Of a stretch of DNA of 64,000 bases, positions 37,955 to 50,400 are shown one piece after another. A program made the position numbers and the translations under genes. Location of the stretch: NCBI RefSeq assembly GCF_006345805.1, contig NC_042999.1, forward strand, positions 83,514,001 to 83,578,000. Reading direction: 5' to 3'. The stretch comes from Octopus sinensis. Lineage: Eukaryota. The stretch's first letter is position 1. Each line of letters starts with the position of its first letter. The notes under the pieces are model-generated. The model was not told the origin of the DNA and made no database searches. It saw only the letters and a list, made by a program, of their open reading frames with translations.

Positions 37955-38643
37955 TCTTTTACTCTTTTACATGATTCAGTCATTTGACGGCGGCTATGCT
38001 GGAGCACAGCTCTTTAGTCGAATACATCAAGCCCAGGACTTATTCTTTGTAAGCCTAGTACTTATTCTATCGGTCTCTTTAGCCGAACTGCTTATTTACA
38101 GGGACGTAAGCACACCAACATCGGTTGTCAAGCGATGATGGTGGACAAACACGAACACACAAACACACTGACGCACACGCACATGCCCCCCCCCCATATA
38201 TATACGACGGGCTTCTTTCAGTTTCAGCCTGCCAAAACCACTCACAAGGCTTTGGTCAGCTCGTGGTTATAGTAAAAGACACTTGCCCAAGGCGCCACGC
38301 AGTGGGATTGAACCCGGAACCATGTGGTTGGGCAGCAAGCTTCTTGCCACACAACCACACCTGCGCCTATATATACATATATATATATAAAATGTATGTA
38401 TGTGCATATACATGTGTGCGTGTGTGAGTGTATTTATATTATATGTATGCATATATGTGTGTACGTGTTAGTATTTGTTTAATATCGTATATTTGGCTTC
38501 CAAGTATTGTGCCACTTCTAACTACAGCAGACTTGTCTGGTGGTTAAGAAAGCTACAGACAACTTGAAAGAGCATCATATGGCATGTAACGTCTTCGTTG
38601 GTTTATTCATTGCCTTAAGAAAAGATAGTAAAAGTTTCACACG
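37640..38643. repeat. ~170-bp direct duplication (37640-37815 / 38473-38643) around a family B SINE
   Basis: TTTGTTTAATATCGTA...CTAACTACAGCAGACTTG...GCATGTAACGTCTTC occurs in both copies. Confidence 0.85.
37953..38367 (-). mobile_element. SINE family B
   Basis: Reverse complement of the family B consensus seen at 16931-17346. Confidence 0.85.
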
Positions 38644-39044
38644 ATGTCCACATGACAAAACTTCAAGTGTCCAATTACTCCCTATGGATATATGCGTATG
38701 AATACACAATGCACATACAGTTTTGCTTATTTTCTGGTGCAGCATCATCTTAGTTCTTAACCCATTTTATTCCCAATGTCTACAATAGTAGACTTTGCAT
38801 ATTATTTACCAGAGACCAGGTTATTTTCAACTGTGAAGCTTAAATTGTGTGGTACACACACAGATAGTACTCTTCAATTCATTTTAGTCCGAAAATTAGA
38901 CTCCAGTGGTTACTTAGTATAAAAATACAAAGTATTTTTTTGTTTAGTTGCAAATTTAAATAAAAATGAAACCTCACGAAAACACATTAACACGAAAAAT
39001 ATCTTTTTGTTGCAAAACTATTTTATAAATATAAGCCCAGGCGT

Positions 39045-39990
<946 letters not shown>

Positions 39991-42900
39991 TAAAAGAATA
40001 TACTTTTCTTAGATGATGGAGTAAAAACAATAGATTTGTTCAGAGTTACAGTATACATTGTGTTGCAAGTTTTTGATTTTTGACCTCGCATCAACCCAAA
40101 GCCTACAAATGTAGATCCTTCAAGAAAACAGGATCCTTTCAATTCAATGAAGTTGAAACTACACCAACATCTAAGCTAGATAATAAAAACTTGAGTCTCA
40201 TAACTTGGTAGGTTATAAATTCATTCTACCCTTGGGATAATAAGGGATAATAATCTCGTATTGACTGTGCATAGATTTCAAATCTGTTAATCCCCGTTTG
40301 ATAGGAGCATGGTTTCGTTCTACCAGCCACTTAATCGGCCATACTTTCTTTTAACAGATTTGGAACGAAATGTCCATCGACAAACCGAATTTATGATCTA
40401 TATATGAAACACTTTTTTTCCTGACATCGCCTAACACCTATCCACGCTTACACACATGTCTATCACACATATACCTGTATATTATACACAACGTTGTTTT
40501 TTACAAATAAACCAATGGTCATTGTAATTTTTTTCCATACAAACATACATGTGTGGACTTATGTGTCTGCTTGTGTTTCTTTTCGGCTCTCCTTTTCATT
40601 TCAAGCATTTTATATCTTGCGGCAATGAAAAGAACACATTCGAAATCAAATTTTCAAACGCCCCAAGATATTTTGCATTCGAGGATTTTTCTTAACATTA
40701 TGTTGTGAAAGTAGTATTTTTAAAAACCAAGCTGTAAGAATTGTGTTAAAATGACAGAACAAAACCCCCCAAAATAACTTGTTCTTGTATTCCTCTATTG
40801 TAGAGTGAACCACTTTAAAAGATACAATATAATGGGTGACAAAATTCAAACAACTGATTGAAACTTAACAATAATGATCTCAATAGTTGAGCTAATTATT
40901 TATTTTTGCTTGTTTTTTCAAACTGTTGATTTCACTCCAATGATGTGACTATTCTTCTTGTTTGCTAGTTTGATTTATATTTATTTTGTGTCACATTTCT
41001 GCTGTTGTTATCAATGTCTTTGCCATGTTGATATGAATATTGATATGATATAAACATCGATCATTAACTCAAACGCTGTTTGTGTATAGATACATACATT
41101 TATACGCATACATACATTTTACACGTACACACATACGTTTTACACATAGACACAAACACATTCGTATATATATTTATGTATAAGCGCGAGCACACAGACG
41201 CAGAATATTGCTGATTATAAGATGTGAGAAAAACAGTGCTCAATATATGATTGTTATGTATAAATATTATATTAAATGTATTCTGTTGATGTCATATGTT
41301 CCATTCCTTAAATTTTTGATCTATGTGCAATCTTCGGATGATGAAAAATTGTATATGGAGTAAGAAGATGATGCAGAACAATACATGTCTGTTGGTTGGA
41401 CAATATGAGATGAGATTAATCAGAATGATATATAAATTGAAATGATTCAACAATAAATAACAGATGACGCAAGGAGATAAACTGAAACACGTTGTAAATT
41501 GCGGCATACACAACGCATCCATTTACTCAGGTATAAGAGCAAAAAAAAAAAAATATCATATTTTATTGCGTAATAACTGTGATATTTATAGGACACAGAA
41601 ATATAGCTCTCTTCAAACAAGAGTTGCATAGTGGCAATGACAGAAACGCACACACCACGGCCACAGTAGTAATTAAACCTTGTATGCAACCGATGGTTTG
41701 TAATTAGAATTCAACTGGAATGAACTTCAATGACAAGCTAGCTACAAGTCTGAGCCATAAGTCTGTAAACGTGAAACTCGATCACTAAAATTAAGCAGGC
41801 AGCTCAAGTTCCGATAGTTTGATATGACGAGGTATTTTAAATAGTCGCAGCCTGCAGCCGATACCCGTCTCCACATACACACCCCTCTATCCTGATCTGA
41901 TATCCTTGTCTTCTCCGGTTTACTGACTGGTTCGGTTCTCCACAGATAATGAAGGGAAATACTCATCCTCACGTAGAATTTGGTAATATTAGTAGAAACA
42001 AGTGCAAATGAGTGTTTGGCAATTTACAATTTTAATCCTAATATTTTAATTTGAATTTTAGCTAACATGTACTATATTCTGCGAAGATCTAGGTTTGTTT
42101 CATACGTTCAAAAACTTTTGCACCCGAATGTCTATGATTCAAACGCACCATCCCCCAAATTTTGAGCCTATTGTGTATGACCAGTTTAAGGTATCACATC
42201 TATGCGTTGCAAAATGCAATAACATAACTTCGCTTTAAAGGTGGCTCATTAAGCCGTCCATTACTTACAGTAAACTTATTGATATTTCAGATGTTCCTAC
42301 TATGAGCAGCAGGGGATAAGTCAGAAATGAAAACTGACATTTAATTTCAAATCATAACTTTGTATCTAATAAAATTACACACGCCTCATAATTCGGAACA
42401 CAGACACTCTCAATTAACTCAGCTATCTTGAGTTATCCTGGCTTATTGACTTATTTTTAATGACCTTTTAAGCTCTATATTTATTATTTTCCAATTTATC
42501 CTTTCTATATTATTTTCATTCCAGAGAGCGACGGGCCTGCAGAATCGTTATAGTTGAATAAAATGCCTTTGTTGTTTTTCTGATAAGGTAGATATAACAA
42601 ACTCACAGTCAAATACTAGGGTCGATTTAATCAACTAACCTCTTCCCGTAAGTTTCTGATCTTATGCCTTGTGTTTGAAACAGCTATGATCACCCTACCA
42701 AGTTCCGTTTCCCTTTAATTTATAATTAATATTTCCATTAATTACATTGTTTGTTTTTTAAATCACTGCTAAGCATTCTTCTTCATTATTAATTACTCTT
42801 TGATTTCAAACATCGATATTCGCCTCAAATTTTGCCCTTCCGCTTAATTTTATTGCAAATTCCTTCATTATTCGAAAATTATATGTGAAATATCTTCCTT

Positions 42901-43254
42901 ACAACACCTGTTATTTATTCCTGTATTAATCTATGAGTTCATAACACCTGATATACTACAAACAATGAACGTTTATATCTCTCAGCCATCACCTCCGTAG
43001 TTTACTGATTTTCCCTAACAAATTGTTTGTGTCAGCTGAAGGAACGTTCACTTGTGGAAACACTGAACACTAGCATAGGACAGAAAACACAGGAGCCGAA
43101 TACTTGAATTTCGCACCCTGAAATATACAAGGATTGCATCGGAAATACTGCATAAGTGTTTATAACTTTTTTATTAACTGACATAAGCTGTTCAAATTGT
43201 TCATGTTAGTAAATAACTTCCACTATAGAACCTCTTCTCCCCCTTCCAGGAAAA

Positions 43255-43690
43255 TAATGGGATTCAGGCAGAAGTAATGTGCTGTCATTAAGTTCTTGAT
43301 AAAGAAATGAAGGCAGCCTGAATTGATAAGAGTAATGCGCGTCGATTCCGGAAGAAGTTTAAAGACGGGTAAAAGCAGCATTAAAGACAAACCAAGTAAT
43401 TGGAGACCATCGTCTTCGACCACTGATACGAGTGGACAATTTCATTCCTGCAGACAGTTGCTACACAACTCGACTATAGTCACAATGTATTACAGATGAC
43501 AATGAAAGACTTTGATTATCGAAAAAAATGTGCCAATTGGTTATCTCAACTGTTAACACATGATTTAAAAAATAGAATGGTGGAAATCTGCTCTGATCTA
43601 TTAGGAGAGTTTCAAGCTATTGGGCACATTTTTTTTATCGATTTGGTGGCGGGTGATGAAACATGTCCATATCTGATACGGAAATGAATG
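43255..43690 (+). mobile_element. Old mariner transposase relic
   Basis: CAVIKFL; FKDGKSSIKDKP; RKKCANWLSQLLT...DLVAGDET, resembling the mariner WVPxxLT and TGDET motifs. Confidence 0.7.
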
Positions 43691-43789
43691 TTCAGTCTCT
43701 GCTTGTCAAAGGCCCAAGAAGTTCAAGAGCCAACGATCGGCATATAAAGACATGGTGACTCAGTTCTATATTTAAGACATGAGGAATTA

Positions 43790-43950
43790 TGTACATTATT
43801 TACACTATTTACATTATTTACATTTGACTGATATTTGCTCTCATCTTGTTTGTCGTTAACACAACGTTTCGACTGATATACCTTTCAGCCTTCATTAGGT
43901 GTCTTGGCGAAATTTCGAACCTGGGTTCTCATTCCTTAGGTATTTTTCGA
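43790..43950 (-). mobile_element. Penelope-like terminal fragment containing a minimal hammerhead motif
   Basis: Minus strand 43858-43903: GACAC-CTAATGA-A-GGCTG(10 nt)CAGTC-GAAAC-GTT-GTGTT. Confidence 0.6.
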
Positions 43951-44084
43951 TGTTGTTGTTGTGGTTGTTATTATTATTATTATTATTATTATTAATCGAA
44001 CTCAGAATATTGGGGTTAGTAGCCCGCGCTCTTAACCACTACACCACATGCCCACGGGCATATAGCGTAGTCTTCACAATTAAT

Positions 44085-45038
44085 TGGGCCGGCGGATTTC
44101 CAAGATGTAGTCTCCCAGATCATCACAGATCCTCCTCCTCCGTGTTTAACAGTTGGAAGAAGGTATTCTGGGTCAAATACTTCCTTTGGCTATCTCCACA
44201 CGTATACTCATTGCTACAGTTTTATGACTTAGTTTATAAGGAAATCGAAAGTTTGAACGATTCTAAGTTTGCACCACATTCCCTTAATCAAGCCGCGTCA
44301 CTCAAATAACTCGGCCTCCAAGTTTATATGGGTGCCCTTATCTATCTTTCCCTGATAAATTTCTTCCTTTCATGCTTGCCCATTAATGGTAGACATCGTT
44401 TTCTTTTATTTAACAGTGACTAACTACTACGAGGTAGTGGATATATCTCTTCTACTCCACTCTAAACGCTTTGCAACGTTTGTTTTTGAAAGTAGTGGTT
44501 TTTTGGTTGCAGCCCACCCGTGAAATCCGGCTTCGTGCGGCTCCCGGCGAACAGGTTTTGTGGAAACTGAGTTCTCGAGGTGGTCATTGAGCACTGCAGT
44601 AATTTTGGGAGCTGTACTTTTGTGATCCGTTCTAACAATTCGCGTAAGATTCCGACGGTCCCTATGTGAAAGTTTTGTTTTTTTTCCGGAGTTTTGTTTC
44701 GACGAGGAGGTTTTTCCATTTCTCAGAGGCTCTCATTACTTTCGAGACAGTACTTCTTGATACACCAGACATTTCGGCTGTTTTCTTTACGCTAGCGCCT
44801 GTCATACGAGCACCAACAATTCGACCTCTTTGAAATTCTGATAGATCTGTCATTTTAATGAATTTTAATTACCTTTTTCTGATGATATCTGAAAAAAACC
44901 CAGAAATTTTAGCAAAACATATTAAGCAACACTAATAATAAATCAAAAAATAAAAATAAACAAGCTTTTGATGGTTTTATATCTATTTCAAAATAATAAT
45001 GCTATGATACTAGCTGTTTCAATTATTTTGTCCAACTC

Positions 45039-45041
<3 letters not shown>
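44085..45041 (-). mobile_element. Truncated, interrupted Tc1 transposon
   Basis: Left end TA|CAGGAGTTGGACAAAATAATTGAAAC at 45041. Translation MTDLSEFQRGRIVGARMTGASVKKTAEMSGVSRSTVSKVM...KRLEW; after a ~240-bp insert, VWR*PKEVFDPEYLLPTVKHGGGGSVMIW. Confidence 0.85.
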
Positions 45042-45107
<66 letters not shown>

Positions 45108-45113
45108 TATATG

Positions 45114-45181
<68 letters not shown>

Positions 45182-45222
45182 GTTATATATATATGTATAT
45201 ATATATATATATATATATAATG

Positions 45223-45265
<43 letters not shown>

Positions 45266-45440
45266 ATATATATATATGTATATATATATATGTATAATAT
45301 ATATATGTATATTATATATATGTATATATATATATATATGTATATATATAATATATATATGTATATATATGTATATATATATATATATATATAATATATA
45401 TATATATATATTATATATATTATATATATGTATATATTTC
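45042..45440. repeat. Imperfect (TA)n tract
   Basis: Directly visible. Confidence 0.95.
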
Positions 45441-45509
45441 ATTTGACTCCAACAATATTGTTTTTACTCTAGCTTCTTCCTTACCAGTTCCACTCTTAAT
45501 GTGTTTCTA

Positions 45510-45850
45510 TTTTTTACACAAGGCCAGCAATTTCGGTAGAAGATATAGGTCGATTACATCGACCCGATGAAAGAGAAAGTCAACCTCGGCAGTATTTGAA
45601 CTCAGAACGTAAAGACGGACGAAATGTTGCAAATCATTTTACCCGAAGTGCTTACGATACTGCCAGCTCACCGCCTTTGGTCTATCTCATATATTCTTTT
45701 CTACTCTAGACACAAGGCTCGAAATTTTGGGGGAGGGGGCCAGTCGATTAGATTGACCTCAGTACGCAACTGGTACTTAATTTATCGACCCAGAAAAGAT
45801 GAAAGGCAAAGTTGACCTAGGCGGAATTTGAACTCAGAACGTATATACAG
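45510..45850 (-). mobile_element. Two degenerate family A SINEs
   Basis: Copies at ~45510-45668 and ~45693-45850. Confidence 0.75.
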
Positions 45851-46065
45851 AGGAAATAAGTTCCATCTCATATATTATCATATTATTTACACTCCGTTTA
45901 CTTTCTTCTCATACCTAATATTTAGTTTCAAATAGCTGAGTGGTCAAGGACTTGACAGACTGATCCTCTGATTAGTCATAACATTATTTTACACACACAT
46001 ATATAACCTTAACTAAAATAAATATTCTCGGGTGAATCATATCGAAATGCGTCATTGCACGTCTT

Positions 46066-46140
46066 ATTCCATTCCATTCCATTCCATTCCATTCCATTCC
46101 ATTCCATTCCATTCCATTCCATTCCATCCATCCATCCATC
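46066..46140. repeat. (ATTCC)12 followed by (ATCC)n
   Basis: Directly visible. Confidence 0.95.
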
Positions 46141-46674
46141 TCATAATAATTAATATTATTATTATTATTATTATTATAATTATCTTAATAAACAGATATT
46201 TCCTCTCTAATTCACGAAGTGAATACTTTGCCTTAAAGTGTGGTTCGTCTAGTTCAATATGCAGTGTATCCAGTCTGATTTGGTATCTATTGAGTTTTAT
46301 AATTATATGTCCATAGCAATTGTAGCTGATGAGCCGTAGTTTGTTTAATGCACTGATTGCTTCGTTAATTAATGTATTTAATCGTTAAGGGCGAATCTTC
46401 GTAGTACGGGAATGACTTATCATTTTTGAGTTCTACAATCAACGTGCTAAAATAAGAATTAGTTTCTTCATGGTTTCAGGTTTAACTCCTATTTCTAGCG
46501 TGTAAGAAAACCACTTAGTGGATTTTCCCCTTCGTGTATAATTATTATACACACATATAACATAATCATATATATATACACTCTTCCTGTTTCTTGAGTA
46601 ACGCTGCGATGGACTGGCGTCCCGTCCAGCTGGGGGGAACACATACGCCTGGCTCGGCTTGAAAAGGGCGACAA

Positions 46675-46716
<42 letters not shown>

Positions 46717-46785
46717 TAATCCAAACAAGAAAGCACAAGAAAAAACATAACAACGCGAGGACGTGGAACAAATATAGTATTATTG

Positions 46786-46835
<50 letters not shown>

Positions 46836-46939
46836 GACTCTCCCGTCGAAGACGACGAATATGCATTCAGTTTTTTGCCTAATGACCTGCACAAATGAAT
46901 CATTTATAGTGACCAAATTTTCGCGCCACAAATTAGCTT

Positions 46940-47127
46940 AGTCTCTCCATCAAATCGACGTTGTCTCAACAGGTGCATCGTATACACGCGTCAGGTGCCG
47001 AAGTGATCGCAGAGGCAACGTGAGATGAGAGTTTTGCTCAAGAACACAACGCACCACCCGGTCCAGGAATTGAAACCACGATCTAGCGATCGTGAGTCTA
47101 TTATCCTAATCACTAGGCCATGCGCCC
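46940..47127 (-). mobile_element. SINE with family D head and alternative tail
   Basis: Similar along its length to 54478-54660. Confidence 0.75.
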
Positions 47128-47242
47128 TCTGTCTCTCTCTCTCTCTCACACACACATATATATGTATGTATAAACATCTCTATATATCCGTGTGTGTGTG
47201 TGCGTGTGTATATATATAAATAAATAAATAAATATATATGTA

Positions 47243-47286
<44 letters not shown>

Positions 47287-47331
47287 AATATATATATACA
47301 TATATATATATATAATATATATACATATATC

Positions 47332-47367
<36 letters not shown>

Positions 47368-47391
47368 ATATATATATACATATATATATAT

Positions 47392-47455
<64 letters not shown>

Positions 47456-47486
47456 CTATATATATATATACATATATATATATATA

Positions 47487-50400
47487 CTAGCAGCATAGCC
47501 CGGCGTTGCCCGGGTATGTAAGAGCCCCTAGTAGGCAACGACTAATCCCAATGTAGTCCTTTCCCTCCAGGGAACGAAGGTGCATGTGGACGTTGCAATG
47601 TCTTGTCTTCACTGGAATACTTCTGTATATACGATGTTCCTAGCTGTCCGTTTGGGCGAAAACATGAAAACATCATTGCGCCTCCCAACGCGTGAACAGC
47701 CCACGTAGAGTTGACCGTGGGCGAAGCACTGTTCGCCCAAATGTAACCCAGCGACTTGTAGCGTTTGGCCTTGGGATTTATTGATGGACATTGCGAAGCA
47801 GAGTTTAACAGGAAACTGAGAACGCCTGAAGTGGATTGGTAGGTCAGCGCCCGACGGTTGAAGGTGCATCCGTGGAATGAAGACGTCCTCTCCCTTCCCA
47901 CAACCGGTAAGTATTGTGGCCGTTATTAAATGTGGTGCCAAATGTTTCACAACCAAACGTGTGCCGTTGCACTGTTTAGGTGGAACCAAATTCCTGATGA
48001 GCATAATGGGCGCACCGACTTTTAACTTCAGGATGTGTGGTGGCAGGCCTGGCGGTTCAAGTGAATTCAGGAATTCAACAGGATAATCGGCAAGCTGGGC
48101 GGGGTCTGCTGTCCTATCTATAGATTTGTAGACGTGGACATCACCAGGAATAGCTTCAAGTAGCTGGATATTGATGGAGTTGACGGTTGTATTTTTGGGT
48201 GCGAGAATAGCTCTGCCTGCCAGCCATTTTAGGTCGCGTAAATTGTTTTGTAGGTCGTGGAAGACAGCGTCCCGGAGGCTAGCAGGGGTGTCGACAATGG
48301 TGCAAAGTGAGTCCAATTGAACGTAGCCATCCGCATCAGACAGCATCCAATTTTCACCGAGCGATAAGAGGTCCCTGGAGAATGCAGCGGATCCGCTGTC
48401 ACCAATTAACTGCGCGCGCATGTTAGTTTGGAGGTGCAAGGGCCGCACATGTGCCCAAAGAGCTGACGACTTAAGGCACGCGCGCACGGCATCGGCACGG
48501 GTTCCTTTTGGAATAACAGGTAGAGTCTGCCTGAAGTCTCCTGAAAGAAGTAAAGTTAATCCTCCCATGGGGGCCGTAGAGTCTCTGATGTCTTGCAGGG
48601 ACCTGTTCAGTGCCTCAAGGGCGCCTTTGTGTGCCATAGTGCACTCGTCCCATACGATGAGTTTGCATCTGCGAAGAATGTCGGCCTGTTCTGAGTTCTT
48701 GGCGATGTTGCAGATAGGTGACTCGGACTTTGCCAGATCGAGCGGGAGTCTGAAGGCAGAGTGGGCGGTTCTGCCACCCGGAAGCAACGTGGCCGCGATA
48801 CCAGAGGAAGCTACAGCCAGGGCAATGTCCGTGTTGCGTCTGACCTCTGCCAGAATTAGTTTAGTGACGAAGGTTTTGCCTGTGCCGCCGGGTGCATCAA
48901 GGAAGAAAATCCCCCCACGTTGCTGTCTGACAGAGTCTACGATGGTGTTGTAGGCTATGCGCTGGTCTGGAAGCAGCCGTGGTTCATTATCTTGGACGTA
49001 CTGGTGCAGTTCCTCAATGCAGTAGGAAGTTTCGCGTAACAATTCAGCAGACATAACATTGGCGTGTTCACGTGTGGGTGGTGGAAGGCCGTACTCTGTT
49101 AAAGCAGACCCACCCATATCGATGACAGCGTCTTCGAGTTGAATGAGCGCAAAATTGTAAATGAAGTTGGTGAACGTGATCTCGGCGGAAGGGCAGTGTT
49201 GCTGAGCCGTACGTAAGAAGTCGTGCGACATGTCATCCCTGTATTTCATCCAGAGACTTAGTGGATGACTAAGCTGACATTTTTGAAGAAGGATTGCGAA
49301 AAGATGTCGTAGGGCCGAATGCGTTTGCAGTAAAGCACCCTCTGCCATCGTGGCGTCCCACTGGGAGTCATCCTCTAGAAGGCCAAGTCTCATACATGCT
49401 TCCCTGAAGGTGTCGCACAGAACCCCATTGACGGTACGTATATTGGCGAAACCTGTTGGACCAGTGACCTCATGTAGAAGGAGACGGAGGTAGAAGCATT
49501 CTTGCTGGTTTGGCGGGATGTTGTAAACTCGACCCAGGCAGGAATCAAACTTGACGCCTGGGAAGCTTTCGACCTTTTTTGCCGGATTTCCGTCGAACCC
49601 AGGTGTTTTTAGACCACACGAAGTACGATGGGACCTGTGGGTACAAAAGCGTTCGAGCGAAGTCATCACGTTGGCATAATTTGAAGAAACCAGTCAACGT
49701 TGTGTCTTTAGGGCTGGTGGCTATCTGCACAGCACTTTGCTCTGTGAAGTAAATCCGCTGTCCATTTTCCAAGTGTACAGAAAGCTGCACCACAGCCGGG
49801 TGTCTCTGATGGAGCGGGAAGCCGTAAATGCGCCAAAACGCTTCGTTGCTGCTGAGGTACCGGCCAGCCAAGTAGTTGGACACTTCGTCGCGACTGGTGG
49901 TCCTCTGGATGCTGAACATGGCAGCATCGCTGCCTTTGTTGATATATTTGCAGACATATTGTATTGACCTGATGGAGCTGCAGAACTCAACGTTGACGTG
50001 GGCTTTGAATATCTTCGACAGGAGAGGACAGTAGGGGACAATGTAGCTGTTGTCCACTTGATGTCGCCCAACCGTAATCGTGCGGCCTCCATTGGCTGGA
50101 CTCCTTCGTTTGTACAGCGGATACCCATCGCCGCCTGTTTGAGTCTCCAAAGTGAACCGTTTAGGGAATCCCTTTGAGCAGGCTAATCCGTTTTTGTAGC
50201 ATGGTGTGTTGGCGTAATTTGGTCCACAGGGCCCGTGTACCATGGTAGTGCGGACAATTTCGTAGAGTCCGGGGTCCTCATCGGGGTCAGGAATCTCGGC
50301 GGAAATGAATTTGTCAATGTCATTAGTCTCGATTTTATGAGTGAGCCAAAATTAAGATGTGAGCATGTGGCAAGCCCTTCTTTTGCCACTCGACCGAAAA

